Source: Nitrospirota bacterium
Lineage (GTDB): Bacteria > Nitrospirota > UBA9217
Assembly (NCBI GenBank): GCA_963840455.1
Contig: CAWIYV010000009.1
Span: 160,001 to 224,000, forward strand
Direction: 5' to 3'
Length of the DNA: 64,000 bases
The translations under genes were made by a program, and so were the position numbers. Each line of letters opens with the position of its first letter. Positions within the stretch are counted from its first letter, which is position 1. The notes under the pieces were generated by a model. It had not been told where the DNA came from. It worked only from the letters and a program-made list of their open reading frames with translations, and searched no databases. Below are positions 21,932 through 32,739 of the stretch, piece by piece.

Positions 21932-22630
21932 TCAGGCCGAGGGAGGCGACGACGAACGGTTCCGGAATCTGCTGATGATCGCCGGCGCGAGGGTGAAGAG
22001 CGCGAGGAGCAGGAAGGCGGAAAGCACTTTTCCGGTGAAAATATCGCTGATCGAACGAACATGCTCCAGCTGGTGACCGGCATAGGCGAATACCGCAGTG
22101 GCGGGGATGATGCCGAGCGATGTTGTCCAGGAAAAGGTGCTGAGCGGAACCCGGGTAAGACCGGCAAGAAAGTTCACGACGAAAAAGGGAAATACGGGAA
22201 TGAGTCGCACCGTGAGCAGGTAACGGGTTCCGTTCCGCTCCATCTCGCTGTTGAACTTCGCGAGACGGTCGCGATAGCGCTCCTGGATACGGTCGCCGAG
22301 CAGGTACCGGGCGGACAGGAACGCCAGTATTGCGCCTGCGGTGGCGCCGACGTTAACGTACAGAACTGCTGGCAGGGTGCCGAACAGGAACCCTCCGGCG
22401 AGCGTGAGCACCGCGCCGCCGGGGAGGTTCAGGGCGATCGCTGCGGTATAGACGAGTATGTACAATGCTACGGAAGAGAGGCCGTGACCACGCACATAGG
22501 CAAGCAGGGCGTCCCGGTTCTTCTGGAGATTTTCGAAGGTCAGGAGATCACCGACGCCGCTCAGGCGCAGCGCGACGATGACGCCGATGAACAGCAGGAG
22601 CAGCAGGATGTTCCGGGCCTGTTTCGTCAT
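21932..22630 (-). CDS. TVP38/TMEM64 (DedA/VTT) membrane protein
   Basis: LTLAGGFLFG, RLIPVFPFFVVN; ATGA overlap with the upstream oxidoreductase. Confidence 0.88.
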   Translation of the reverse strand: MTKQARNILLLLLFIGVIVALRLSGVGDLLTFENLQKNRDALLAYVRGHGLSSVALYILVYTAAIALNLPGGAVLTLAGGFLFGTLPAVLYVNVGATAGAILAFLSARYLLGDRIQERYRDRLAKFNSEMERNGTRYLLTVRLIPVFPFFVVNFLAGLTRVPLSTFSWTTSLGIIPATAVFAYAGHQLEHVRSISDIFTGKVLSAFLLLALFTLAPAIISRFRNRSSSPPSA

Positions 22631-24060
22631 CTCTTCCTGCCCAGAAGCCACGCGGCGAGCTTCACTGCAGGGTTGTTCCGGAGGCGGTCGATGTAATACC
22701 GCTTCGCCGGCTGGCGGACCACGTCGGTGTAGGTCGGGTAGATGTGGATCATCTGCGCGACAGCGGAGAAGGGGAGGTCGAGATGGCGAAGCAGCTGCGC
22801 CTCATGGATGATGTCGGCAGCCCGCTCGCCGAGGATATGGGCGCCCAGCAGCCGTCCGTCAGGGCCGATGATGTACTTCGCCAGACCCTGCTCGGTGCTG
22901 TCGGTCCGGCCTCTGTCCGTGTCGCCATAGGACCAGCGGTAGACCTGCACACGGTCCCCGTGGACCGCGCGGGCCTCATCTTCGGTCAGTCCCGCATGGG
23001 CCAGCTCCGGGTCGGTGAAGGTGCCCCATGCGACGGTGCGGTAGTTGATCTTCTTTCGGAAGGGCAGGAAGGCATTCCGCGTCGCGGTAACGGCCTGGTA
23101 CTCGGTCATGTGGCTGAAATAGTAGGGCCCGATGACATCGCCGCAGGCATAGATGTTCCTTGCCGTCGTGCGCAGGTAGTCGTCCACGATGATGCCCTTC
23201 GGTCCCCACCGGACGCCCGCTCGTTCCAGGTCCAGCCCCTCCACGTTCGGCTTCCTCCCCACGGCAACGAGGAGGGTGGCGGCGGTGAGGTCCATGCGCT
23301 TCCCGCCCTGCTCCACGGTGAGCACGACCCCGGTGCCGCCCGGTGCGGCACGGACAGCCTTCGCTTCCATGACGATCCTGACGCCCTCGGCAATAAGGCG
23401 GTCGGCGAGCATCCGGGCGAGCTCACGGTCTTCATGGCGGAGGATCGTGTCATATTTCGCCACCACCGTCGTCGCCACGCCGAGACGGCTGAAGGCCTGC
23501 GCCATCTCGATACCGACCGGCCCGGCGCCAAGCACCAGCAGGGATGCCGGCAGCTCTTCGATCTCGAAGAGGTTCTCGTTCGTGTAGTACGGGACCGAGG
23601 CAAGCCCCTCGAGGGGCGGCAGGGCTGCAGAACTGCCGGTGCAGAGCATGAACTTCTTCGACGACAGGACCTTCCCGTTCAGTTCGACGCGATGGTTATC
23701 GAGGAACCGGGGACTCCCGAAGAGGACATTGATGCCCGCCTTCTCGAAGACTGACGCTGGATGGCTGTCGTAGACCTTTTTGACCGCAGCCCGGGCGTAT
23801 GTCATGGCGTGCCTGCCTGACACGGCAATGCCGCCACCGGCCTCGAGGCCGTAGTCCCTGAGATGTTTGACGTGGTGCGCAACGGAAGCGGCCTTCAGCA
23901 GGGCTTTGCTCGGCACACAGCCGGCATTGGTGCATTCGCCGCCGAGCTTGTTCTTTTCGATCATGGCCGCCTTCTTGCCGAACCCGGCGGCGACCTTGGT
24001 GCTCACGAACCCGCCGGCGCCTGCGCCGATCGCGATGAGGTCATAATCATATCGCGGCAT
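22627..24060 (-). CDS. FAD-dependent pyridine nucleotide-disulfide oxidoreductase (LpdA/MerA-like, lacking the MerA C-terminal CC)
   Basis: GAGAGG, GGECTNAGCVPSK, GAGPVG, FTDPELA, HIYPTY. Confidence 0.88.
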   Translation of the reverse strand: MPRYDYDLIAIGAGAGGFVSTKVAAGFGKKAAMIEKNKLGGECTNAGCVPSKALLKAASVAHHVKHLRDYGLEAGGGIAVSGRHAMTYARAAVKKVYDSHPASVFEKAGINVLFGSPRFLDNHRVELNGKVLSSKKFMLCTGSSAALPPLEGLASVPYYTNENLFEIEELPASLLVLGAGPVGIEMAQAFSRLGVATTVVAKYDTILRHEDRELARMLADRLIAEGVRIVMEAKAVRAAPGGTGVVLTVEQGGKRMDLTAATLLVAVGRKPNVEGLDLERAGVRWGPKGIIVDDYLRTTARNIYACGDVIGPYYFSHMTEYQAVTATRNAFLPFRKKINYRTVAWGTFTDPELAHAGLTEDEARAVHGDRVQVYRWSYGDTDRGRTDSTEQGLAKYIIGPDGRLLGAHILGERAADIIHEAQLLRHLDLPFSAVAQMIHIYPTYTDVVRQPAKRYYIDRLRNNPAVKLAAWLLGRKR

Positions 24061-24751
24061 CAGAACCCTCCAAAGATAAATGTGCGTCCTTGAACCCTGC
24101 AAGGAATGACATTGTCCGGGACAAACTGAATGCCGATCGCCTGCTGCGGGCCGCAAGGTCCTTCAGGTCTTCGATAGTGTCCACGTCCTGCCAGAGCGGG
24201 AGTTCGTGGACCCCCTGTCCGGCCTTTCCAAAGGCCTGCATCGTGGAACGGAAGACCGTGCCCGTGCTCCACGCGATCCCGGAAAACACCCCGGGAAAGA
24301 ACGTGTCGTTCCTGAATCCGATGAGGTAGTAGCCGCCGTCGCGCGCCGGACCGATCACTGCGTCATGCATATGCAAGGCTGCCAATGCTTCCTTGATGAG
24401 CTGAGCAGGGAGGTCCGGGATGTCACTGCCGATCAGGACCACCCGGGAGAAACCCCGGCTAAAGGCCTGGCGGAATGCATTCTCCATCCGTTCGCCCACG
24501 TCCCTGCCTTCCTGGGGCAGGTACTGCTGCTCCGGCCCCAACCAGCCGGCCACCGCGTTCCGGCTGTCAGGCGGATAATAGCAGATCATGACGGGTATGC
24601 CCGTCTGCTCCAGGGTATCGAGAATATCCTGGACGAATCGTTGGTACAGTTCGAGCGCTGCTTCCTCCCCCAGTGCCGCAGCCAGCCGGGTCTTGACCTG
24701 GCTTCTGGCCGGGGCCTTGACGAACAGGATTATGAGCGGTTGGTCAGCCAT
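24047..24751 (-). CDS. TIGR04282/DUF2064-family arsenosugar biosynthesis-associated glycosyltransferase
   Basis: FVKAP...VKTRL, IGSDIP, GPARDGGYYLIG, WST, DVDTIEDL. Confidence 0.88.
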   Translation of the reverse strand: MADQPLIILFVKAPARSQVKTRLAAALGEEAALELYQRFVQDILDTLEQTGIPVMICYYPPDSRNAVAGWLGPEQQYLPQEGRDVGERMENAFRQAFSRGFSRVVLIGSDIPDLPAQLIKEALAALHMHDAVIGPARDGGYYLIGFRNDTFFPGVFSGIAWSTGTVFRSTMQAFGKAGQGVHELPLWQDVDTIEDLKDLAARSRRSAFSLSRTMSFLAGFKDAHLSLEGSDAAI

Positions 24752-25028
24752 GCTGTGGACGGGTCTTGATAAAAAGAATTCCGCAGGAATATAACTTGAG
24801 TATTACACAAATGGAAGGCCAGTTCAAGGTCAATCCATCTCGAGGGAGCAAGGTCCATGCTTCGCGGTTTTCTGACGGGGATGGGACGAGCGACCTGGAG
24901 GGAAAAAGATCTGCAGACCGCCGGAAAAGGTGCTATAATTATCTCAAAGAGGATAGAATATATCCTGAATAAAGATTGGGAGTACAGTAAGTATGCGCAG
25001 CGGGAGCAGGTGAAATAAGGAGGCCGTC

Positions 25029-25346
25029 ATGGGAACCGTAAAAGACATAAAAAAGAACGAATATTGCGACGAGGTTCTGGGCGAGCTTGCGTATATGATC
25101 CAGACCGTTCATGATCTGCGGGAGATGTTGGGAACAACCTACGGGAAGGAAAGCAAATTGTTCCAGGAACATGATCGCCATCTCATCGATCTTGCAGAAT
25201 TCCTCGACTGGAAGCTCCAGATCCTGACCACGTCCTGCCCGTTCGAGTGGAAGGGACTGGGACCGGATGTGGAGAGCATCGTATCGGTCGGTCCGGCCGA
25301 AACAATACCAGGCCGCGACTTTTCCGGCGGATATCTCGGCGGTTAG
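25029..25346 (+). CDS. Hypothetical protein ending in GGYLGG
   Basis: AAGGAGG RBS; 105 aa. Confidence 0.75.
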   Translation: MGTVKDIKKNEYCDEVLGELAYMIQTVHDLREMLGTTYGKESKLFQEHDRHLIDLAEFLDWKLQILTTSCPFEWKGLGPDVESIVSVGPAETIPGRDFSGGYLGG

Positions 25347-25472
25347 TTCAGCTGATCATTGACCAGAACATGTTACCGGCCGGAGGATGGTGTTCATCCT
25401 TCGGCCTTTGTGGGTCAGCAGGAAGGAATTGATCTTCCCGGAGCCTTCCTGGGCCGAGAACGTGTAATGAAT

Positions 25473-25649
25473 TCACTTTCTGCGCGGGCAGTCGCGGATC
25501 GGGCAGGTCTCGCAGTTCTCATCATCATCCCGTTCAAAACCGAAAGGGATCTTTTCCCCGCATTGGCAGAGCCAGCCATCGGTCACCCGGGTCTTGAGAT
25601 CGTGTTCGCAGATAGGGCAGGTCAGCATGGAGACAGCCTCCATGCTCAT
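25473..25649 (-). CDS. Small Cys-rich protein, 58 aa (CxxC, CxC, CxxCx4C), absent from the ORF track
   Basis: Manual translation MSMEAVSMLTCPICEHDLKTRVTDGWLCQCGEKIPFGFERDDDENCETCPIRDCPRRK; GGAG upstream; co-directional with the DsbA-like gene. Confidence 0.65.
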   Translation of the reverse strand: MSMEAVSMLTCPICEHDLKTRVTDGWLCQCGEKIPFGFERDDDENCETCPIRDCPRRK

Positions 25650-25724
25650 GGTACTCCGAACACCGGACGGGCGGTATGATATATATCACAGCTGATGATC
25701 AACGACGAGAGGGGCGAACATGCG

Positions 25725-26318
25725 TCACAAGGACCTCAACCGCTCCCGGAAAACCTCGATAGGCTGGGCGCCCACGATGCGGTTGGCATTGTTGATGATG
25801 AAGGTAGGGGCCGCGGTGACACCGAGGCCGGCAGCCTCCTCTTTTACCTTATCCAGCTGCTTCCGGTATTTGCCCGTTTCCAGGGCGCTCCTCAATGCCG
25901 CTGTACCCAGTCTTGAACCTTTCCCTATTTGCTCCAGGACAACCATGTCCCCGATGTCCTTTCCTTGGGAGAAGTATGTTTCGAAGACCGCATGGTGGAA
26001 CTCATCGAACCGGCCCTGCTCTTTGGCGAACTCTCCGGCCTCAAGGGACAGCCTCGAATTCGAGATGTTCACGATCTTCTGGAAGGTGAGGTCGAAGGGA
26101 GCGCCCATGCTGTTCAGGCGCCTGGTCATACCATCCACGTCCGCGCGGGGGAACATCTTGATGAGAGGCATGCCCTCAGGCGGCGTCTCGGGATGGATCT
26201 CGAAACCCAGCCACTCGATAGCCAGGTCGAACTCCTTTTTCAACTTGTCGACAAGACCCATGCCGATGTAACAATAGGGTCAGATGTAGTCGGAAAAGAT
26301 GCGGATATGAATGGTCAT
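25725..26318 (-). CDS. DsbA/FrnE-family thioredoxin-fold selenoprotein (UxxC)
   Basis: GGAGGG RBS, then MTIHIRIFSDYI-TGA(26280-26282)-PYCYIG in frame with ORF 25725-26261. The TGA sits at the first Cys position of the FrnE CPxC motif. Confidence 0.88.
26248..26266 (-). promoter_or_regulatory. SECIS-like hairpin for the DsbA UGA codon
   Basis: UCGGCA-UGGGUCU-UGUCGA stem-loop with GGU in the loop, starting 14 nt after the UGA. Confidence 0.7.
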
Positions 26319-26331
26319 CAATCCCTCCCGG

Positions 26332-27042
26332 TCATTTGTAGACCTCTATATATTCCAGGTACGATACCGAGCTCTCCCCGGTGTTGTCCGAGTCGTTCAT
26401 AATGGCGATCCGCGCGCGTGCAGGTGGTTTCGATTTGAAAGCCTTCTGGTAGTCCGCCAGAATGTCGATCTCTTCGTCCACCCACGTGCCGGCCTTTGCC
26501 AGGCCTTTCTCGAGCAGGACCATCATGGCCCTCTCGGTATAAGGGCTGATGATGAAGGTTTCTGGGTCGTCCTTGCTGGACCAGACATAGCTCAGGCTGC
26601 TGTGGGGCGGATACTCGCCGTAGAGCGCCTTGGCGAAGCCGTATTTGATGCGCTCGAAGGCGCCTGCCTTTTCGGGGTCATACTCGAACATGATGTACAC
26701 CCGGATCGGGTAGTCGTCGCCTTCTTTGGACCTCACGTCCGCCCTGGCGTAGATATTCCTCACCTTCCAGCGCCATTTTACTCGTGGATAATCATAGACG
26801 TCAAAAACATCCTTGTACACAATGGCCGAGGCAGAGGCATGGCTCTCGGCCCTGAGGACGGGCTTGTCGCCGTCGCGCTCGATGGTGTAGGTCGAGTGGC
26901 TCTTGATCTTGGGAAAGAAGAAGGGCTTCCAGTCGTCGAGAGAGCTGAAATCCTCGCGGAAGAGGACCTGCCGGTCGCCTGCAGAAGCGGGCGATGACGC
27001 GAAAAGAAAGGCCAGCGTACAGATGAGCACGCTCAGGTTCAT
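26332..27042 (-). CDS. DUF3047 family exported protein
   Basis: Signal peptide; WRWKV, KEGDDYPIRVY, YVWSS, AIMNDSDNTG. Confidence 0.85.
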   Translation of the reverse strand: MNLSVLICTLAFLFASSPASAGDRQVLFREDFSSLDDWKPFFFPKIKSHSTYTIERDGDKPVLRAESHASASAIVYKDVFDVYDYPRVKWRWKVRNIYARADVRSKEGDDYPIRVYIMFEYDPEKAGAFERIKYGFAKALYGEYPPHSSLSYVWSSKDDPETFIISPYTERAMMVLLEKGLAKAGTWVDEEIDILADYQKAFKSKPPARARIAIMNDSDNTGESSVSYLEYIEVYK

Positions 27043-27063
27043 GGTCTACCTTCCTGCCGTACC

Positions 27064-28047
27064 TCAGGCCGTCGAGCCGGTGCAGGTGGAGCCGCGGCCC
27101 GCGGTGCAGCCGTAGCAGTGGTCGCCGACGCGGATCGTCCTACAGGCGAGTGCGTTGTAGGAAAAATTTCGGATATGCGCAGGAACAGCCGGGCCCACGG
27201 CCAGGCCGAGGACCTGGTTGAAATCGCAGTCATAGAGCCTGCCGTCCCAGCCCACGCTCAGCAGGGTGCGGCACATGACGCCGTCGAGCGTCGCGGGATT
27301 GAAGGAACAGGCGAGCAGGTCCCGGTAGCGCTCCAGTTCACCGGAACGGGCGAGCCGGTCATGGAACCGCCCGATGGGCATGTTGGTGAGGGCGAAGAGG
27401 GTGCTGAACGAGACGCCATAGCGGTCGCGCAGCTCGCGCCGGTAGTCCTGTTCCAGGGCCCCCTGGTGCGGAGGGAGAAACGGGCCCGCGGGGTTGTAGA
27501 CGAGATGGAGCAGCCGTCCGCCGGGCATGCCGTAACCGAGGCTGTTCAGCGTCCGGAGCGATGTGATGCATTTCGAGAAGGTGCCGCTACCGCGCATGGC
27601 ATCGACATTGACTTGCTGGTAGCAGGGCAGTGAGGCGATGAGTTCTACGTCCTGGTCCCGGTAAAAGACCGGCAGGTCCTCCATCCCGGGTTCGTGCAGG
27701 ACTGTCAGGTTGGTACGGATGAGGACATGTTTCCCGAGCCGGCGCGCGGAACCGACAAAACGACGGAAATGGGCGTTCAGCTCCGGTGCCCCGCCGGTCA
27801 TATCGACGATGGAGATGGGGCTGCTGTCGAGCGCCCGAAGGACCGCATCGACGGTACTTCCGTCCATGACCTCTGTCCGGCCGGGGCCGGCCGCGACATG
27901 GCAATGTGAACAGGAAAGATTGCAGCGGTAGCCCACATTGACCTGAAGTGTCTTGATGCCCTGCGCGGTGAGCGGTTCTCGGTGGAGGGACAGGACCGTC
28001 TCATGGAATGGCCCGCGGGGGCGCGGTTGAGGCTTAAGGATGATCAT
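27064..28047 (-). CDS. arsS: Arsenosugar biosynthesis radical SAM protein ArsS-like (TIGR04167), Cys form
   Basis: CNLSCSHC, DMTGGAPEL, ASLPCY, YDCDFNQ, HCYGCTAG-x-GS-x-C. Confidence 0.88.
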   Translation of the reverse strand: MIILKPQPRPRGPFHETVLSLHREPLTAQGIKTLQVNVGYRCNLSCSHCHVAAGPGRTEVMDGSTVDAVLRALDSSPISIVDMTGGAPELNAHFRRFVGSARRLGKHVLIRTNLTVLHEPGMEDLPVFYRDQDVELIASLPCYQQVNVDAMRGSGTFSKCITSLRTLNSLGYGMPGGRLLHLVYNPAGPFLPPHQGALEQDYRRELRDRYGVSFSTLFALTNMPIGRFHDRLARSGELERYRDLLACSFNPATLDGVMCRTLLSVGWDGRLYDCDFNQVLGLAVGPAVPAHIRNFSYNALACRTIRVGDHCYGCTAGRGSTCTGSTA

Positions 28048-28322
28048 GGTGTATGATGACTCCGATGCCGGGTAGTGATCATGGCTTGCAGAATGCCCGC
28101 AGATTCATCATAATATACCACAGTCGGTAAGGCGTTCGCCACACAAGGTAGCTTTAACCGCTCACCGGAAGACCCGCGTCTGGCACCGGAGTAAGGGGCA
28201 AGGAGTGCGACATTTCTTGACACGACTCCCCTGTGTGCTATCCTTAAATAGAGGAGAGCGCATTCCACGCAACATGCTGAAGGATCTGCAATAATAAGCG
28301 CATGGGGCTTTTTGATGGAAAA

Positions 28323-28477
28323 TTGAATCTCTCCGCAGCAAGCCGCAGGGAATTTTCGATCCTCAGGGCAGCATGTTTATCCTCATCGCTCGCTAACCCC
28401 CTGCACTCGCGGTTCCACTCGTAAACGCTGGGGGCAGGACCCCGCAGCAAGCTATGGGGAATGCGCTCCTGGATTCA
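28323..28477 (-). mobile_element. PATE-like element, long variant with an extra internal hairpin
   Basis: Reverse complement of the 109-bp unit plus a ~45-bp insert shared with the 55316 copy. Confidence 0.75.
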
Positions 28478-28551
28478 CGAGCAGTGATGTGTGTCGTGAC
28501 TGCGCTGTACTGACGATCCTGCCGTACTCGGAAGGCTACGAGGGTGAAACT

Positions 28552-29451
28552 ATGAAGCTCGGATACATTGGTTTGGGAAAGATGGGTTCCAGCATGGTGG
28601 AACGGCTGCTCGAAAAAGGCCACGACGTCATTGCCTTCGACCGCAATGTTGACGCTGCTCAAGATGTGAAAAAGAAAGGCGGGAGGGCCGCGGATACCCT
28701 GGGGTCGCTGATCGCAGCGCTGACGCCTTTCCGTCTGGTCTGGATCATGGTGCCCTACCAGGCGGTCGATAGTGTGCTGCGGGAGATCGCTCCGCTCCTT
28801 GCAGCGGGAGATGTGGTGATCGATGGAGGCAATTCACCCTACGAGGAATCGATCCGCCGCGCACAAGAGCTTGAGGCACGGGGCATCGACTTCCTTGATG
28901 CAGGCGTGAGCGGCGGCCCGGCAGGTGCACGGAACGGCGCATGCATCATGGTCGGAGGAAAAAAAGAAGTCTATCAGAGATGCGAAGCATTGTTCCGTGA
29001 CCTTGCCGTTCCCAGTGGCTACGGCTACATGGGCAGGTCCGGTGCAGGCCATTTTGTGAAAATGGTCCATAACGGGATCGAATACGGCATGATGCAGGCG
29101 CTGGCGGAAGGCTTCGCGGTCATGAAGGCGGCTGATTTCAGGCTGGACCTCGCGAAGATAGCCGACGTTTACAATCACCGGAGTGTGGTCGAATCGCGGC
29201 TCCTGGGCTGGCTGCAGAGCGCTTTTCTCCAGTATGGAGCGGACTTCACGGGGATCTCGGGTTCCGTGGCGCAGAGCGGGGAAGGGCTCTGGACCGTCGA
29301 AGCAGGGAAAAAGCTTGGTGTACCCACACCGATCATCGAGGCCGCTCTCGACTTTCGCATCCGGTCACAGGAGCACCCGAGCTATACAGGAAAGGTCCTC
29401 TCGGCGATGCGGAACCAGTTCGGTGGCCACGACGTGAAAGTAAAAAAATAG
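28552..29451 (+). CDS. gnd: 6-phosphogluconate dehydrogenase, decarboxylating (short form)
   Basis: GLGKMG, IDGGNS, GVSGG, GHFVKMVHNGIEYG, RNQFGGH. Confidence 0.95.
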   Translation: MKLGYIGLGKMGSSMVERLLEKGHDVIAFDRNVDAAQDVKKKGGRAADTLGSLIAALTPFRLVWIMVPYQAVDSVLREIAPLLAAGDVVIDGGNSPYEESIRRAQELEARGIDFLDAGVSGGPAGARNGACIMVGGKKEVYQRCEALFRDLAVPSGYGYMGRSGAGHFVKMVHNGIEYGMMQALAEGFAVMKAADFRLDLAKIADVYNHRSVVESRLLGWLQSAFLQYGADFTGISGSVAQSGEGLWTVEAGKKLGVPTPIIEAALDFRIRSQEHPSYTGKVLSAMRNQFGGHDVKVKK

Positions 29452-29550
29452 CCGGGCATGCGCAGCCTGCCCGAGAGCGGGAAGGCGACACGTGCTGCCC
29501 GGTTGTGAGAACCTGAGAAATACCATTGCGTATAAGGTAAAGGAGCTGCT

Positions 29551-30414
29551 ATGAGACCACAACATCTAAAAACGAGGCTGTTCCTGGACGGCGGGGATCC
29601 GGGGGAGACGAGGGCCGTGCTCTCGCAGCTCGGTTTCCTCGACGGCCAGACCACGAATCCCACGCTCATCTCAAAGAACCCCGACGCGCGCAGGAAACTC
29701 GAGCAAGGGAAGAAGTTCACGCCCGGGGAAATCCTAACGTTCTACCGCGGCGTGGTCAACACGATCTCCGGCCTGCTTCCCAGCGGATCGGTCTCCGTCG
29801 AGGTCTATGCCGATAAGACGACGACCGCCGAGAAGATGCTGGCGCAGGGAAGGGAGATGTTCGGCTGGGTCCCGAACGCTCACGTCAAATTCCCGACGTC
29901 CCGCGAAGGGCTGAAGGCCGCGCATGAGGCGGTCAAGGCAGGCCTTCGGGTCAATATGACGCTTGTGTTCTCCCAGGAACAGGCGGCTGCAGTGTATGCG
30001 GCGACAGCCGGCGCGAAAAAAGGACAGGTGTTCCTTTCGCCGTTCATCGGCAGGCTGGACGACCGCGGCGAGAACGGCATGGACCTTATCGCGAACATCA
30101 TCAGGATGTACCAACAGGGCGACGGCCATGTGGAGGTGCTGACCGCGAGCGTGAGGAGCATGGACCATTTCCTGTATGCGCTCAAGCTCGGCTCGGATAT
30201 TATCACTGCTCCTTTTGACATCCTCAAGCTCTGGGGGGAGAAGGGGCTTTCGCTCCCCGGCGCCGGCTATTCCTATGACGTGAAGGGGCTGAGGCCGATC
30301 CCGTACCGGGACATCGGCCTTGCGAAGGCCTGGGACTCCTACGATATCCGCCACGAGCTGACGGACAAAGGCATGGAAAGGTTCTCGGCGGACTGGAACG
30401 CCCTGATCGGGTGA
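29551..30414 (+). CDS. tal: Transaldolase family protein
   Basis: [33 protein letters not shown]. Confidence 0.9.
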   Translation: MRPQHLKTRLFLDGGDPGETRAVLSQLGFLDGQTTNPTLISKNPDARRKLEQGKKFTPGEILTFYRGVVNTISGLLPSGSVSVEVYADKTTTAEKMLAQGREMFGWVPNAHVKFPTSREGLKAAHEAVKAGLRVNMTLVFSQEQAAAVYAATAGAKKGQVFLSPFIGRLDDRGENGMDLIANIIRMYQQGDGHVEVLTASVRSMDHFLYALKLGSDIITAPFDILKLWGEKGLSLPGAGYSYDVKGLRPIPYRDIGLAKAWDSYDIRHELTDKGMERFSADWNALIG

Positions 30415-30418
30415 TCCG

Positions 30419-31948
30419 ATGAAAAACACGCCCCCGTCCTATCGAACCGTCAATACCTGCGAGATACAGATACCAGGACCATGCTGCCTGGTCATCTTCG
30501 GCGCGTCAGGCGATCTCACCAAGAGGAAGCTGATGCCCTCCCTCTACCTCCTTCATAAGAACCGCGTGCTTCCGGACAGGTTCTTCATACTTGGGACGGG
30601 CAGGGAGAAAATGACCTCAGAGCAATTCCGGGCCGCCATGCTTGCGCCGGTGCAGGATGCATATCATAAGGAATTCGATCAGCATGCATGGCAGGTATTC
30701 TCCCATAAGCTCTACTATTCTCCGATAGATTATGCAAATGAAGCGTCCTATGCCGCGGGTCTTCGCGACAAGCTCCCGTCGCTGGAACGGGAGCACCAGA
30801 CCGGCGGAACGCGGATATTCTACCTCGCTGTCCCTCCGACCGTGTTCGAAGACATCATCAACAATCTCGGCTCCACAGGGCTATCGGGAGAGGAACAGGG
30901 AAACAGCAGGATCGTTATCGAGAAACCGTTCGGCCGGGACCTCGCATCATCCTGTCAATTGAACATCGTTCTGCAAAAGCATTTTCGGGAACGCCAGGTC
31001 TACCGGATCGACCATTACCTCGCCAAGGAAACGGTCCAGAACATCCTGATGTTCCGCTTCGCCAATTCCATCTTCGAGCCGCTCTGGAACCGGCGCTACA
31101 TCGACCATGTCCAGATCACGGTCGCGGAGACCCTGGGGGTGGAGCACCGGGCAGGGTACTACGAGAAGGCGGGTGTTCTCCGTGACATGTTCCAGAATCA
31201 CTTGTTCCAGCTGCTGGCGGTCATTGCCATGGAGCCGCCGCCGGCGTTCGAGGCAGACTTTGTGCGGGATGAGAAGTCCAAGGTGTTTCGGTCAGTCCGT
31301 CCCTGGCCGCTCGATCATCTGGACGAGTTCGTCGTCATCGGACAGTATGGTACGGGAACGATCGATGCATCTCCGGTCCCCGGCTACCGCGAAGAGACTG
31401 GAGTCTCGATAAAATCGGCAACGCCAACGTTCGCGGCGATGAAGATATTTATTGATAACTGGAGGTGGAATGGTGTGCCGTTCTACCTGCGGTCCGGGAA
31501 ACGGCTGACCAGCCTGGCAACGGAAATAGCTATTCACTTCAAGCAGGTCCCGCACGCTATGTTCCCCGAGACGGTCGGTGCTTCGATCGACCCGAACACG
31601 CTGGTGCTCCGTATTCAACCTGACGAAGGGGTGAGCTTGATGTACCAGACCAAGACGCCGGGGTCCAAGGTGTGCCTCACCCCCGTGATCATGGATTACT
31701 CCTATCCCCGCAGCATGGAACTCTCTGCATACGAGTGGGTGCTGCTCGACTGCATGCAGGGAGACCAGATGCTGTTCACCAGCCAGGATTGGGTCGAACG
31801 GGCCTGGTCGCTCCTCACGCCGGTCATAGAGAAACTTGAGCAAACCGTGACCGCGGAGACGATCCCGCTCTATGCTGCCGGTTCGGCAGGCCCACCCGAG
31901 GCCGCGAGGCTTCTTTCGCGGGACAACAGGCAGTGGAGGCCGCTTTGA
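30419..31948 (+). CDS. zwf: Glucose-6-phosphate dehydrogenase
   Basis: [33 protein letters not shown]. Confidence 0.96.
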   Translation: MKNTPPSYRTVNTCEIQIPGPCCLVIFGASGDLTKRKLMPSLYLLHKNRVLPDRFFILGTGREKMTSEQFRAAMLAPVQDAYHKEFDQHAWQVFSHKLYYSPIDYANEASYAAGLRDKLPSLEREHQTGGTRIFYLAVPPTVFEDIINNLGSTGLSGEEQGNSRIVIEKPFGRDLASSCQLNIVLQKHFRERQVYRIDHYLAKETVQNILMFRFANSIFEPLWNRRYIDHVQITVAETLGVEHRAGYYEKAGVLRDMFQNHLFQLLAVIAMEPPPAFEADFVRDEKSKVFRSVRPWPLDHLDEFVVIGQYGTGTIDASPVPGYREETGVSIKSATPTFAAMKIFIDNWRWNGVPFYLRSGKRLTSLATEIAIHFKQVPHAMFPETVGASIDPNTLVLRIQPDEGVSLMYQTKTPGSKVCLTPVIMDYSYPRSMELSAYEWVLLDCMQGDQMLFTSQDWVERAWSLLTPVIEKLEQTVTAETIPLYAAGSAGPPEAARLLSRDNRQWRPL

Positions 31949-32706
31949 GCGCGCCTTCCGGCCGCAACGTCCGCGTGTTCCGGGACCTGGCGTCGCTCAG
32001 CCTTGCCGCGGCCGGACGGTTCCTCGATGTTGTTCGGGAGTGCGTTCCGGCGCGGGGAAGATTCGCGGTGGCGCTTTCCGGCGGGTCCACGCCGAGGACA
32101 TTCTATTCCCTCCTCGCCTCGGATCCCTACCGCAAGGAGGTCGACTGGACGAAGGTGCATGTCTTCTGGGCGGATGAACGGTGCGTTCCGCCGGACGTCA
32201 GGGAGAGCAACTACCGGCTGGTGTTCGAGACCCTGTTGTCCGCGGTCCCCGTGCCCGTGGAAAACATCCACCGCGTGCGGGGCGAGGCGTCGCCGGACGA
32301 TGCGGCCCGCCTGTATGAAGAGGACCTTCGCGCGTTCTTCAGAGGCGGGCAGGTCCCGGTCTTCGATCTCGCGGTCCTGGGGGCGGGCGACGACGGCCAT
32401 ACGGCATCGCTCTTTCCCGGCTCGGAAGCGCTTCGAGAGAGCTCGCGGCTCGCCGTTCCCGTGCAACCGGCTGCGGGTCGGCCCGGCCGCGTAACGCTCA
32501 CTCTTCCGGTCCTGAATAACGCGGCCCATGTGCTGGTGCTGGTCTCCGGACCGTCGAAAGCCTCCGTCGTACAGGAGATATTCGAAGCGGGGAACGCAAA
32601 ACATCTTCCGGCGGGTCTCGTGCGACCGGTGAACGGCACGCTCGAGTGGCTCCTGGACCGGGACGCGGCTTCGCAGGTCCGGTCGGGCGCGTTTATTCGA
32701 ACATAA
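31945..32706 (+). CDS. pgl: 6-phosphogluconolactonase
   Basis: [23 protein letters not shown]; TTG start overlapping the zwf stop. Confidence 0.93.
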   Translation: MSAPSGRNVRVFRDLASLSLAAAGRFLDVVRECVPARGRFAVALSGGSTPRTFYSLLASDPYRKEVDWTKVHVFWADERCVPPDVRESNYRLVFETLLSAVPVPVENIHRVRGEASPDDAARLYEEDLRAFFRGGQVPVFDLAVLGAGDDGHTASLFPGSEALRESSRLAVPVQPAAGRPGRVTLTLPVLNNAAHVLVLVSGPSKASVVQEIFEAGNAKHLPAGLVRPVNGTLEWLLDRDAASQVRSGAFIRT

Positions 32707-32739
32707 GGTCCGGTCGGGCCCGTCCGGGGGGAGTGGAAC

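Noticed and set aside
22627-24060. Mercuric reductase MerA
   Set aside because: No C-terminal Cys-Cys pair, no NmerA domain and no mer genes.
27064-28047. Selenocysteine in ArsS
   Set aside because: The relevant positions are Cys codons and there is no internal in-frame TGA.
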